Shown here in pieces: positions 21,507-33,710 of a DNA stretch of 50,303 nucleotides. Each line of letters opens with the position of its first letter. Position 1 is the stretch's first letter. A program made the translations under genes and the position numbers. Origin of the DNA: Callorhinchus milii (lineage: Eukaryota); NCBI RefSeq assembly GCF_018977255.1, contig NW_024704840.1, forward strand, positions 124,001 through 174,303. The letters run 5' to 3'. The notes under the pieces are model-generated. The model worked only from the letters and a program-made list of their open reading frames with translations. It was not told the DNA's origin and did not search any database.

Positions 21507-21545
21507 CACAGTGCTGTGTGTCTAAGAGGGACCTGTACAAAAACA
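21507..21545 (+). other. 23-RSS of V1
   Basis: CACAGTG, 23 nt, ACAAAAACA. Confidence 0.97.
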
Positions 21546-21652
21546 TGCTGAGGTTACTGGAGCTCAAAGTTTAGAGCACTCGCCTCGCAAACGAGAGACG
21601 TGGGTTGATTCCCGGCAGGGCAAAACATTGGACATGTTTCCTTACTCCTTGT

Positions 21653-21978
21653 GCGGAATCCTGTAGCTCAGTGGTTAGAGCACTCGCTTTGCAAGCGAGA
21701 GACCTGAGTTCAATTCCAGCCAGAGGGTGAAACCTTGGGCAAGTTTCCTTACTCCACACAGAGCCTAATAATAATCCTCCAAAAACCAAAAACGACAATA
21801 AATCGGTCATTTTTAATCCACAACTGTTTGTGGGACATTGCTGTGCGCAATTGGCTGCCGCGTTCACCCACAAATATACAGTCAATTCACCTTACAGTGT
21901 GTTCTGTGAAGCGCTGTGAGTCGTCCTCCCGACTTGAAAAGGGCGATATCAAATGCAAGGATTATTATTATTATTATT
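21653..21978 (+). mobile_element. Young SINE inserted inside an older SINE (old head ~21549-21652, old body ~21979-22260)
   Basis: Complete young head and (TAT)n tail; the flanks continue the old-type sequence ttactcc...gcgtctgtttacctagc. Confidence 0.85.
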
Positions 21979-23287
21979 AGGCGTCTGTTTACCTAGCAAT
22001 ACGTAGGTTTTAGTTGATTGGCGGAGCGTCTTTCTCTGGATAATAATTCCTTTACAATAATGATATAATTGTAAAAATGATAAACAGTTCTTTATCTCAA
22101 CGCACAACTGTTTGTGTGACACTGCGTTGCGCAACTGGCTGCCGCATTTAGTCCATAACATGTACAGTCATTTCACTTCACCGTAGAGTCTGTGAAATAC
22201 TATGTGACGTCTCGAAGAAGTGATAATGCGTTATGTCAAATGGAAGGATTATTATTGTTCATTTTATTGGTTTGCTGAGCCGTAACTAGGAACCCGGTTC
22301 TCAATAGATTGGAGTAACGCTTTTTCGGTGGTAATATACCATTNAAAAAATTGGTCGCTCGATCAACGACTGTTTGTCAGACGCTGTTTTGCGCAATTGG
22401 CATTTTCCCCACAAAATACAGTCGATACACTTAACCGTGTATCCCGTGAAGGCCGTATAGACAAATAACTCGGACAAGTGATAAGGCGTTGTATCAAACG
22501 CAAGGTTTATTATAACTCACTGGTTGATATGGATAACCATAGGCGTGGTGATTGGTTTCCATATGTGTCAGACACCAGGGTAACAAAAATAAATGTTAAT
22601 ATATGAAGCGTCATTTAGCGAAACAAATCATGCAACGCAGAAGCTCGTAGAAATGAGTCATGCTTGAAAACGTGTGTTTTGTACCCAAACTCGTGTAATC
22701 CAGAAGTGTAGAAAGGAAAGAGGAGGGTACGAAACTTTCAACTAATTGGGGCAGAGACACATGAGGAACTGCTGACTTCACATGGCTCCTACCATTTCGC
22801 TTTGAACCCTCTCAATGGCTCGTTTCACCTCGTTACCAAATTGAAACCTCCCCCGGGGATGTGAAGCCAACACACATTAGGCCATTTCCAGCCGTCTGCA
22901 CACACTCAGGCGTTTCCACTGAATAACTCGTCCTGCATTCTGTTGACTGTCTATGCCATAATAATCTTTGACCGTTGATAAAGTGCCTTATCTCGTCTCT
23001 GAGGCGTCTCAAATCGATTCATAGAATATCCTCTCAAGTCTTGTGAGCGTGTGTTGGTTGGGCGGCGAAACTCGAGAACGAACCGTGCACCGCAGATTAG
23101 CTCGAAGAGTCGTGGATTGAGTGACAATTTTTTGAGGGATCAATAGCCCTGTAAAGCGATCCGCAGATCGACTCGCAGTCGGATTCCTGTTTACTGTCGG
23201 TTAAAGAGAGACGCGAGGAATAAGGAAAACTGCCTACGGTTTTAAAGGCAATTGTAGTTTCTTCATTGAAGCGCTGAAAGATTGGCT

Positions 23288-23736
23288 ATGAAGCGCGAAT
23301 ACACTTTACTCTTCATCCTCCTGAAAGCTGCCGTGTTCCTATGGGGTGAGTATGTTTCACAGATGAACCCCACTTGCGCTTTCCGAGAAATTATATTTAA
23401 TTCGACCACAATTAACGAGTGAGTTTCACTAACTGATTTTCTTTCGTTTACCAGGAGTCAGTGGTCAGGAGGAAGTCTACCAGACGCCACTCTCTGTGAC
23501 TGTTGGGGAGAAGGAAAATGTGCTTATCAATTGTTCCGCAAAAGGAACGACTCAAACTTTACAGTGGTACAGACAGTATCCGAACCAGGCTCTCAAACAC
23601 TTGGTAACAGGAAAGACAGGAGAGCAGCAGAAGGAGAGGATCACAGCAACAATGAACTATAAAGAGAAGGGCAGTAATCTGAGCATCACAGGCACAGAAG
23701 TGACAGACGCCGCCACCTACTTGTGTGCAGTGGAGA
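23288..23736 (+). CDS. TCR alpha-like V segment V2 (family B); leader 23288-23345, V exon 23455-23736
   Basis: MKREYTLLFILLKAAVFLW g|gtgagt; ccag|ga. VSGQEEVYQTP...INCSAKGTTQTLQWYRQYPNQ...DAATYLCAVE. Confidence 0.95.
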
Positions 23737-23775
23737 CACAGTGACACAGTCACATAGAGAGGCCGTACACAAACC
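23737..23775 (+). other. 23-RSS of V2
   Basis: CACAGTG, 23 nt, ACACAAACC. Confidence 0.97.
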
Positions 23776-24161
23776 CCCAGTGATCAGTCAGCAATTCCCC
23801 TCTTGTTCATCACAATAACTGCTCAGCACTCACCGCACTAAGTTTACCTCAATTCCCTTGTTGATGACGGCCTGTTCGTGTCACGCATGCAGGGCTTTGG
23901 TGTCCTGTAATATTGTGGTTATAACACTCGCCTTGCAATCATTGACGGTCATGAGAGCGCTAAACCCGACCCAAGCTTCCTTTATTTACACTCTCGCCCC
24001 TGTTTATCGAACTATAAGTATTAAATTTTGGCAATACCCCAAAAATGTATTTAATAACAATCATTAAAGCATATTTCACAACTAGATATTTGGGACATTG
24101 CTGTGCACAATTGGCTGCGTAATTTATCCGCAAATCATACTGTCAATTTACTTTACATTAT

Positions 24162-24296
24162 CGAAACACAAAATACTGCAGATGCTGGAATCTGAAACAA
24201 AAACAGAGAGAGAGAGAAAACTCAACAGGTTAGACCCCATCTATTGAGAAAGGAAAGAGAATCATTTTTTTCCGGTCCACGACTCTTCGTCAGAAA
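24162..24296. mobile_element. Probable Penelope-like element terminal fragment
   Basis: aatactgcagatgctggaatctgaaacaaaaacagag...aaaactcaacagg...gactcttcgtcagaa resembles, from memory, a common shark repeat associated with Penelope termini; not database-checked. Confidence 0.45.
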
Positions 24297-25253
24297 TGGG
24301 GTCTGTTGGGTGGGGGAGAAGTTTCTAAGGGCAAGTTAAGGACAAATCCTGTCTCCCACACTCAACTTGTCCTTTTGTTAATTTGCATTAAATTCTTCGA
24401 GGTGCTTTCGGCCGACTAGACGATGCGATAAGATGCTGTATCAAATGAAACGATTAATCCGATATTTCTCCGCTTGATCTGGATTTGAATAACCATAATC
24501 AAGATGATGGGTTTCCACATGTGACAGATTCCCAGTTAACGAAAATAAATGGTAAATTATGAAGTCTGATTCTGCGAACTACACAGTACAGTGCAATGAC
24601 ATGAAGCTGTGAATTAGGCCAGAAAACGCTTTGAACATACAAACCAACCTGTTTTTTACCCAAATGGCTGTAACCCGGAAAAAGAGACCGGAAAGGGGCG
24701 GGAAGGAAACTTTCAACTAACTGGGGCAGAGACATCTGAGAAACTGCTGACTTCACGTGGATCCTCCCTTTTCGTTTTGAACCCTCTCAATGGCTCGTTA
24801 CCAAATTGACAATGTGCCCCCGAGGATGTGAAACCAACACACATGAGGCCATTCACGAGCCGTCTGCACACACTCAGCGGCCTCCACTGAATACCGGGTC
24901 CAACCTTCTTTTTGACTATCTATCTGATAATAATTCTTGCCATTTGATACAGCGCGTATCAAATCAACGAGACAGCACAAATCGCTTGACAGACAATACT
25001 GCAAAGTTAGTGACTGCGTATTTCATGGGCGAAACTCGAGTACGAATTGGACACAGCAGAGATCCTCAAACAGTCGTGGATTGAGTGACAATTTTTTTTC
25101 AGGGACAATTTCAACTGGAACGGTATCCGCAAATCGACTAACAAGCAGGTTTCCTATCTATTATTCGGTAGACAGAAGGGCTTGGAATAAGGAAACCTGC
25201 CTAAGGTTTAAAGGAAACTTGCATTTCTTCACTAAAGCGCTGAAAGATTGGCT

Positions 25254-25702
25254 ATGAAGCGTCAGTACACTTTGCTCTTCATCCTCCTGCAAGCTGCCGT
25301 GTTCCTCTGGGGTGAGCATGTTTCACCGATAAACCCCGCTTGAGCTTTGTGAGTCATTGTATTTACTTCGACCGCAATTAACGAGTGAGTTTCATTTACA
25401 GATTTTCTTGTATTTACCAGGAGTCAGTGGTCAGGATACAGTTTCCCAGTCGCCAGTCTCTGTCACTGTAGGGGAGACGGAACGAGTGATTTTCAGCTGT
25501 TCGGCAACAGGACCGAATAACGCCTTACAGTGGTACAGACAGTACCCTAACCAGGCTCTGACGCACTTGGTAACAGGAAAGACAGGAGAGCAGCAGAAGG
25601 AGAGGATCACAGCTACAATGAACTATAGAGAGAAGGGCAGTAATCTGAGCATCACAGGCACAGAAGTGACAGACGCCGCCACCTACTTGTGTGCAGTGGA
25701 GA
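25254..25702 (+). CDS. TCR alpha-like V segment V3 (family B); leader 25254-25311, V exon 25421-25702
   Basis: MKRQYTLLFILLQAAVFLW g|gtgagc; ccag|ga. VSGQDTVSQSP...FSCSATGPNNALQWYRQYPNQ...DAATYLCAVE. Confidence 0.95.
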
Positions 25703-25741
25703 CACAGTGAGACAGTCACATAGAGAGGCCGTACACAAACC
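25703..25741 (+). other. 23-RSS of V3
   Basis: CACAGTG, 23 nt, ACACAAACC. Confidence 0.97.
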
Positions 25742-27861
25742 TCCAGTGATCTGCCAGCAATTCCCCTCTTGTTCATCACAATAACTGCTCAGCACTCATT
25801 GCCTCTCAGTTTCCCTCAATTTCCTTGTTAATGGCGGGATGTCCATGTCATGTCTGCAGCACATGTGGTGTCCTGTAGCTCAATAGTGAGAGCGAAAGGA
25901 CCTGGTTCGATTCCGGGCTGATTGCTTTTACGGGGTTAATGATTCCTTCAAAATGACAAAACTTATAAAAAATTTAGTCACACAACCCAATGGGACACTG
26001 AAGTTAACACTCGGCTGCTTTGTTTCGCTCACACAGTATGAAGCCAATTCGTTTACCGTATATTATGTGAAGCACTTTGCGGCATCTGGAAGATGCAGCA
26101 ATGTGCAATAGCGAATGAAAAGTTTTTAACTATAATTAAATTTAATCATGTTATTGACCCAGTAATAACCTCAAAGTCCTGCTCTTTGGGGCTAAGCCGC
26201 CATATGTACGAGCCTTTCTGTGGTGTTTTAATCAGCAGGATAACATCAAATACAAAAACTCATATTCAAATACAGCCATATGTAACGGGAAATAAAAAAT
26301 GGGCAGAAAAATATTTGCTATTAAATGTCTCCAATTATACAGGTGATGTAGCTGCAATTCACCAGCAGAAGGCGAACCCAACACACATATAACATGAGCT
26401 GCAACTTATACAGATTGTCAATTTCCTTTCTGCAGCTCGTCTTGCCAGCACTAACAGGTGCTTCCTGTTACAGTTGGCTTTGGTTCCTTCATACACTATT
26501 GCTGCTTCAGCTGAAACATACAAAGGTCTCTATAAAGCATAAGTAACAAAAGGTTTAGTTTACTGAAGAAGCAGCTTCTGTGTCACTTTTTCTATATTAT
26601 TGCCTGTCTCCCAAGTAACCAGTCGCCCTTAATCGGATCTCTCTGCTGTATAATGCTTCTCTCCGGAAATGTTGTCGATTTGGCGACCACAACACTTTTA
26701 GGCAATATATTTATGCAGTATATTGTGGGAAGCGCTTTCAGACGCATCACCGGCATCATATGTCAAAGGAACAAATGCAAACATACATAATATTATTCCT
26801 GGTTCAGGGTAACATTTATATTCAGTGTCTTACCACTGGGTGTTTCTCGGGCGCTTATATTCTGAAAACACACCACTGGCTTGAAAACCTGTGAAAAATG
26901 GTTCAATAAAGCATATTCCTGCACACCGCTTACAACCGTTTTCAGAAGGTTGCTAACCGCATCCCATTGCTTGGTTGACACTTTCCATTCTGAACAACAG
27001 ATATATTCGAAACGTAGATTGTTGGAATCAAAGTTTGTTAACAATTGTAGGGGATCAGTCGACATAACCTACGGGTGTTTCAGGATTCTCTGACTGTTCT
27101 GCTCCCACGATTAATGAAAATTCTATTCCATATACCCGAATCAATCCTAAACCTGGTTTCTACAGAATATAGAGATTTTTGGAATCTCTTTTCCTGAAAC
27201 ACAAATTTCTTCATACAGTATTCCTGCAAGGCGACCGATTATTAAGATCTGTGCTCTTTGCCAAAGCACATCTTGGTCCTATAGGTTGGTGGTTAGACCA
27301 TTAGCCTCGCATGCAGTGGAGATTCACAGCATTGAACAATTCTGCGCAAAATTGCTTGCTGCATACGCTGTTTAACCGACCAGTAAATAGGAACCCGGTT
27401 ATCAGCCGAATGGCGAACAGTTTGCCAGGGGAATAACACCGTAAAAAAGTGGTAAATTGGTCATTCATTCAAGGACTGTATGCGTGGCACAGCTGTGTGC
27501 ATCAGGCTGCCGAGGTTCACTCTAAAAGCACAGTCAAATTATTTTACCGTATATTCCACAGACAATGCGAGACGTGTCCACGACCTGATAAGGCACTTAG
27601 TATTATTATTATTTGTATACTTTGTTGAGTCTTTGTACTCAGGTCTCTCTACACTGTCTCTTTCATGCGTTAATGTAGTTTGCCACAGCGAGGAGAAGTG
27701 AATCTGAATGTAAACGGTAGGAGTATTCGCAATGCACCTCCACCAAAGATCACAGACAAGATAATGACGCGGAGACAAGAGACAACTCCTTAAATGGAGA
27801 AACATTTATCAACCAGACGCTACGTGTAGATAAATTCTCGTTGCATTTCAACGGAAGACAT

Positions 27862-27869
27862 TGACGTGA
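27862..27869 (+). promoter_or_regulatory. CRE-like TGACGTGA 25 bp upstream of the V4 ATG (also at 30514 for V5 and 49588 for V12)
   Basis: Same motif and same offset from the ATG in three family A promoters; CRE-type elements are established in TCR V promoters. Confidence 0.6.
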
Positions 27870-27886
27870 ATCGACGGCAGTTGAGA

Positions 27887-28346
27887 ATGAAGCAGAATTA
27901 CAATGCGAAATATATGATTTTGAATGTAATAGTATTCCTACGGTGTGAGTAGATGATGGTTGTTTGCAAGCAAATGCTTTTATTTCCTGATAAATGGTTA
28001 CAAATTGTCGTGGCAGATGTTTTCCGAATTCCTTTCCAAAAATATTCATTTCTACTTTCTTTCCAGGTGTCTTGGCTGCAAGTGATGTCGCACAGACACC
28101 TCAGGCCGTGACAGTGAATGAAAATAGAAATGTTTCTATGGAATGCAGTACCACTGTGAACAACCCTGTCTTCCAGTGGTACAGACAATATGGAAACGGC
28201 TCCATCCACTTTTTGGTTTTGGGAAAAAGCGATGTAAATATGAAGGACAGGATAAGAGCTTTGGCTGAGCGAAAGCAGAAAAACTGTTCGCTTGCAATCG
28301 AAGATGTGCGAATATCAGACACCGCCACTTACTTCTGTGCGGAGGG
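27887..28346 (+). CDS. TCR alpha/delta V segment V4 (family A); leader 27887-27944, V exon 28067-28346
   Basis: MKQNYNAKYMILNVIVFLR t|gtgagt; ccag|gt. VLAASDVAQTP...MECSTTVNNPVFQWYRQ...KNCSLAIEDVRISDTATYFCAEG. Confidence 0.94.
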
Positions 28347-28385
28347 CACAGTGCTGTGTGTCTAAGAGGGACCTGTACAGAAACA
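28347..28385 (+). other. 23-RSS of V4
   Basis: CACAGTG, 23 nt, ACAGAAACA. Confidence 0.95.
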
Positions 28386-30538
28386 TGTTGGGTTTACTGT
28401 AGCTCAATGTTTAGAGCACTCGCCTCGCAAGCGTGAGGGCCTGGGTTCGTTTTCCGTCCTGGCAAAATGTTGTCCAAGTTTTGTTACACCTCATGCGTCT
28501 GCTCACCTAGTAGTCTGTAGGAAACTGGATGTTAATTGATTGGCATATCTCTTTTCAGGGTGCAAGAATTGTTTAAATCGGAAAAGAAAAATTCTCTTTA
28601 TTCCGCAACAGTTTATGGGACACGGCTGTGTGCAATCGGCTGCCGTATTTTTCCCATAACAGACACAATCCATTCAATTCACAATACAACTGTGAAATGC
28701 TGTGTAATATCTCGAAGACGTGATCAGGAGCCGTATCAACCGCAATGCTTATTATTATTTTTATTGATTTATTGAGCGGGAAATAAGAACCAGATTGATA
28801 AGAGTTTGGATGATCTATTTTAATCGATCAGAAAAGTGGATCACTCAATCAAAAACCGTTTGTGAGAAGCTGCTGTGTGTACTTAGCTGCCAGGTTTTGT
28901 CCACAAAATACACTCTCGATACACTTTGCACTGTAAGGACAGTATAAATTACAAGGAAATTAATAAGGCTTGATATGAAACGCAAAGGCAATTATTATAA
29001 CACACTGGTTGGTTTGGATACTCATAAGAATGGTGATGGGTGTCCCCACACGTGTCAGACACCGGTTAAGAAAAATAAATCTGAATCTGTGAAGAATCAT
29101 TCAGCGAAATAAATCCTACAACACAGTAATTTGTAGAATTGAATGATGCTAAGAAACTTGTGTTTTGTACCCAAACTGTTGTAACCCAGAAGCCATGAGC
29201 GGAGAGCGGCGCTGAAAATATGATCACTGACATAAATTAAAGTGAACTATGTCTAGAGTACTGAAGAGTATTGTTCAGAGCATTCACTTCGCAAGCAACA
29301 AGCCCTGGGTTAAACAACTGGAAATATTTTATTTACCCCACACTAATGCCTCTGTCCTCGTAGCAAAAGCAGGAAAACGGTTGCTCGTCGATTGGCTGAT
29401 CGCTTTCCCACGAGATATAACCCCTAAAGAAAAACTATTTGGTCACTCAATTCATGAATGTTTGTGAGCAATAGACTACCAATTTTCGGCACCGAAAAAC
29501 ACTGTGCATCATTATGCTGAAGGGAATATTCTGCTAAACTTTTTTGACGTTCCAGTGGCATTATTAGGCGCTGTATCAAATGCAATCATTATTATTATCA
29601 CAGCTGTTACTTTGGTTTCAGTAAATGAAGTCCGTTGCCTGAACACCGGTTGTCGCTGGTGCTCTGATATTTTCTCCAGGCAACACTCGCTGAAAATTCT
29701 TCGAAAACTGGTTCAATAACACATATTCCTATACCTTTTCTTTCAATAGTTTTCAGAATAATAGTTGTCACTCCCGTCCCTTTCCTCGGTTTGTACGTCC
29801 CATTCAGAAAAAAAAACAGATGGACTCGAAACATAGATTATTGGGATCGCAGTTCATTACAAGTGCAGGTAATCAGTCCCACAAAATAGGAGTGTGCATT
29901 AGGAATCTCTGGCTGTTCAGATCCCACGATTACTGGAAAATCTCTTACTTATATCCTAAACTATTGTAAAGTTCGATTCTACGGAATCCTGAGAAGCTAT
30001 TGATCTCATTCCCTTAATCACAAAGTTCCTGATACACTATTCTTGCAATTCGCCAATTTCATTGGTAACATTTCCTTAAAAAAGGGCTAAATAAGTCATT
30101 CAAGCCACAAATATTTGTGGGCGACGTCTGTGCGTAATTATCTGCCGCACTGTCCCACAACTTATGCAGTCAATTAACTTTACAGTATACTCCATGTAGC
30201 GCTTTGAGACGTCTCAATGACGTGATAAGGCGTTGTATGAAAAGCAAGGGTTATTGTTATTTTTACCTTTATCTGCTTCAGTCTTTGTAACTCGCTTCCT
30301 CTACACTGTCTCTTTCACACATTACTATGGTTTGCCACTGCGAGGCGAAGGGAATCTCAACCTAAAAGATAGGAGGAGTCGCAATACATCTCCAGCAATG
30401 AACAGAGACAGAGCAATGACGCGGGGATAAGAGTCAACGTCTCAAGTGAACCAACGTTTATCCACCAGGTATTGTCTTTAGATGATTTCTGGTTGCAATT
30501 CATCCGGATATATTGACGTGAATCGAAAAGAGTTGAGA

Positions 30539-30997
30539 ATGAAGCAGATTTTCAGCGCAACGTATATTATTTTGAATTGATCAGTATCGCTTCTGTGTAA
30601 CTACTGTCTGAATTTGGATAAGCAAATTCATTATCACCTGCTAAATAATTACAGTTTATCGCGCCAGACACTATCCTAATTCCTTTGCGAGTATGTTCAT
30701 TTATGTTATTTTTCCAGGTGTATTGGCTGACAGTGATGTTTCACAGTCACCTCAGGCCGTGACAGGGAATGAAAATGGAAACGTATCTATGGAGTGCAAC
30801 ACCACTGTGTCCGGCCCAACCTTTCATTGGTACACACCGTATGGAAACGGTTCCATCCGGTTCTTGGTTTTGGGAACAAAATACATCAATATGAAGGACA
30901 GGATAAGCGCTTTGGCTAATACAAGACAGAGAAACTGCACTCTAACAATCCAAGACCTTCGGGTGAGAGACACCGCCACTTACTTCTGTGCGGAAGG
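30539..30997 (+). pseudogene. TCR V segment V5 (family A): in-frame TGA in the leader; V exon 30718-30997 open
   Basis: Leader 30539-30596 reads MKQIFSATYIILN*SVSLL t|gtaact, stop at 30578-30580. V exon is intact (WYTPY, YFCAEG). Confidence 0.85.
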
Positions 30998-31036
30998 CAC
31001 AGTGCTGTGTGTCTAAGAGGTACCTGTACAAAAACA
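30998..31036 (+). other. 23-RSS of V5
   Basis: CACAGTG, 23 nt, ACAAAAACA. Confidence 0.96.
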
Positions 31037-32811
31037 TTCTCTGTTTACTGCAGCTCAATGGTTAGAGCATTAGCCTCGCAAGCGAGATAATTGGGTTCAA
31101 TATCGGGCAGTGCAAAATGTTGACCAAGTTTCGTTACTCCACATGCGTCTGTATATCCAGCAGTAAGTCGGAATATGGTTGTTAGTTCATTGACGGATCG
31201 TTTTTCCGATGTTGATAATTCCTATAAATAGAGAAAAAAATTCAATCCACAACTGTTGTGGGACACTGCTGCGCGCAAACGACTGCGACATTTCGGCCAT
31301 AACATAAACAGTCAATTTACTTCACCGCACAACCTACCAAATGCTCTGTGTCATCGAATAGGTGATGAAGCGCTGTATTAAATGCAAAGATCCTTATTAT
31401 TTTTAATGGTTTACTGAGGCGGAACTCGGAACCCGATTCACAGCAGTTTGGATGATCTCTTTGTTCGGGTGTAATAATCCATCAACAAAATGGATCACTC
31501 GATCAAAGACTGTTTGAGAGACGCTGCACTATGCACTTGGCTGCCGGGTGTTGTCCACAAAATACACTGTCGATGCACTTTACACGGTACCGTCTGAAGA
31601 CCGTACAGTCGACTCGGACAAGTGATAAATCGTTATGTTAATGACAAGCGCTTTTATGATAACCCAAAGGTTGGTTTGGATAATCATATGCATGGAAATG
31701 GTTTCCACATATGTCAGACACCAGTTTAAGAAAACTATCTGATGATGTATGAAGGATCATTCCGCGAAATAAATCGTACAACACAGTAACTGGCAGAAAG
31801 TTTCCAGCCGTCTGCACACACTCAGGGGCTTCCACTTAATACAACGTCCGACCTCGTTTTAACCGTCTATATCACAATAAATCTTGACATTTGATACAGC
31901 GCTTCATCTCGTCTCCACGATGCCTCACAGCACTGCAGGGAATGCAGTATAATGTGTCGTGACTGTGAATTGTAAGGGCGAAACTCGGGAACCAATTTCA
32001 CACAAATTTTGTTTCAGCGATAAAGTTTTGAGAGGTTGTTAACAGGATTTGTTTTTCAAATGTGCTCACCACATCGAGCACTGTTTGTGAGACGACTTGC
32101 GTGCACATGGGCTGCCGCGTTTAGTCCACATAACAAACAGTCACTACAGTTTAATGCAAAAGCTGAGAAGCGCTATGAGAGGTCACAGTAATGTGATCAG
32201 GAACTATATCAAATGCACGGATTACTGTCACTATAGAAGCAGAGATGTGAAAATCTGCTGTTTGTGAAAGGTGGGGGTTGGGGACTGGGGGGAGGGCGAG
32301 GAGGGATTGTCCTGCCATCGGATAGTTGGCATAACAAGCGTGGACCTGAGTAATAAAAGACAATTAATAAGTACATGATCAGAGTGTCGCCCAACAGAGA
32401 TTTACCTGCCCCGAGACTTGTTTCGTGGCCAGTCCTCGCCTCGTGACATGAAAAGTTAACTGATGAGGATGAGTCCTTCAAGGGAACACAAAAGTGGAAC
32501 TCATGTACAAGCATTGGAGGAATTTAAGGAGGGAGTAACTTGCTCCATGTGTCAGACACCCGGTTCTACAGAGACATGTCAGTGATGGAAGAGAACCAAT
32601 GGAGGAGCGGGATGGCAGAGCAGAGAAGATGAAGAGCAACGAGAGAGACACAAGTTTAGTACGTAACCCTCAGACTTGCTCCTTCACGGCATATGGCAAC
32701 TTCTGCGTATGATTTCTTATTCAGCTCATCACTGTATCGTACTTCCTCTCAGCCAACATTCTCCAACTCCAGGATCAACGCTCTATCAACGCCCGTTGCC
32801 ATTAAATACAT

Positions 32812-33671
32812 ATGACAATGTATATCTATGTGGCAGCCGCCATCGTTATCTTGTCAGGTAAGCCATCAACTCAATAAACATATCTGTATCCCGCAGATAT
32901 TGTCCAATGCCTATTTTCTTGCATTAGATAAGCAAAACGCTGCAGGAATTTTGGCGTTATAGAGTCCTTTAGCTCAGTTGACATAGCACTCGCATCGCAA
33001 GAGAGAGAACCTGGGTTTGAATCCTGGTCAGGGAGAAACCTCAGGTGAATTTCGTTACGACGAACCACACGACGTTGCTTCAATAGCTGTAGGAATCCGT
33101 TGTAAGTGAATTTGCGAATGGATTTTCATGGTAGGAAAATCCCTACGATTTTATTCCGAATTCATTCAATCAAACCACGACTATTCGTGGTCTATTGCAT
33201 AACTGGGAGCTGCATTGGCCCAAGAAATACAATTAAAGTGTTTTCCGTGAAGTACTTTGTAATGTTTCGAAGACACGATGAGTCGTTGTATCAAATAGAG
33301 GCAATAGTATTATTATTAACGTTGTTGTTGTATTGAACTCTGATTTCTGTCTTGTTCTTAGGACATTGTGGCGGAGATTCTGTGTCACAGCTCCAGTCTA
33401 CTGTGACAGTGAATGAAGGGGGAACTGTTTATCTTCATTGTAATTATACAACCACAAGCAACATTCCCAATCTGTTCTGGTACAGTCACTATCCCAACAA
33501 AGCTCCAGAATATATCCTTAATACGTACATCAGGAATAACAAGCAGCAACGTGCAGACTTTGCAAAAGAAAGTTTCTCAACGAATGTGTCTCAAGCGGAG
33601 ACAATCGTTCACATGAATATACTACAAGTGAGAGTTACAGACCCCGCGGTGTATTACTGTGCACTGAGCTC
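32812..33671 (+). CDS. TCR alpha/delta V segment V6 (family C); leader 32812-32857, V exon 33362-33671
   Basis: MTMYIYVAAAIVILS g|gtaagc; ttag|ga. HCGGDSVSQL...HCNYTTTSNIPNLFWYSHY...ADFAKESFS...DPAVYYCALS. Confidence 0.92.
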
Positions 33672-33710
33672 CACAGAGGCACAGATCAGCGATTCCTCCC
33701 TACAAAAACT
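33672..33710 (+). other. 23-RSS of V6
   Basis: CACAGAG, 23 nt, ACAAAAACT. Confidence 0.94.
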
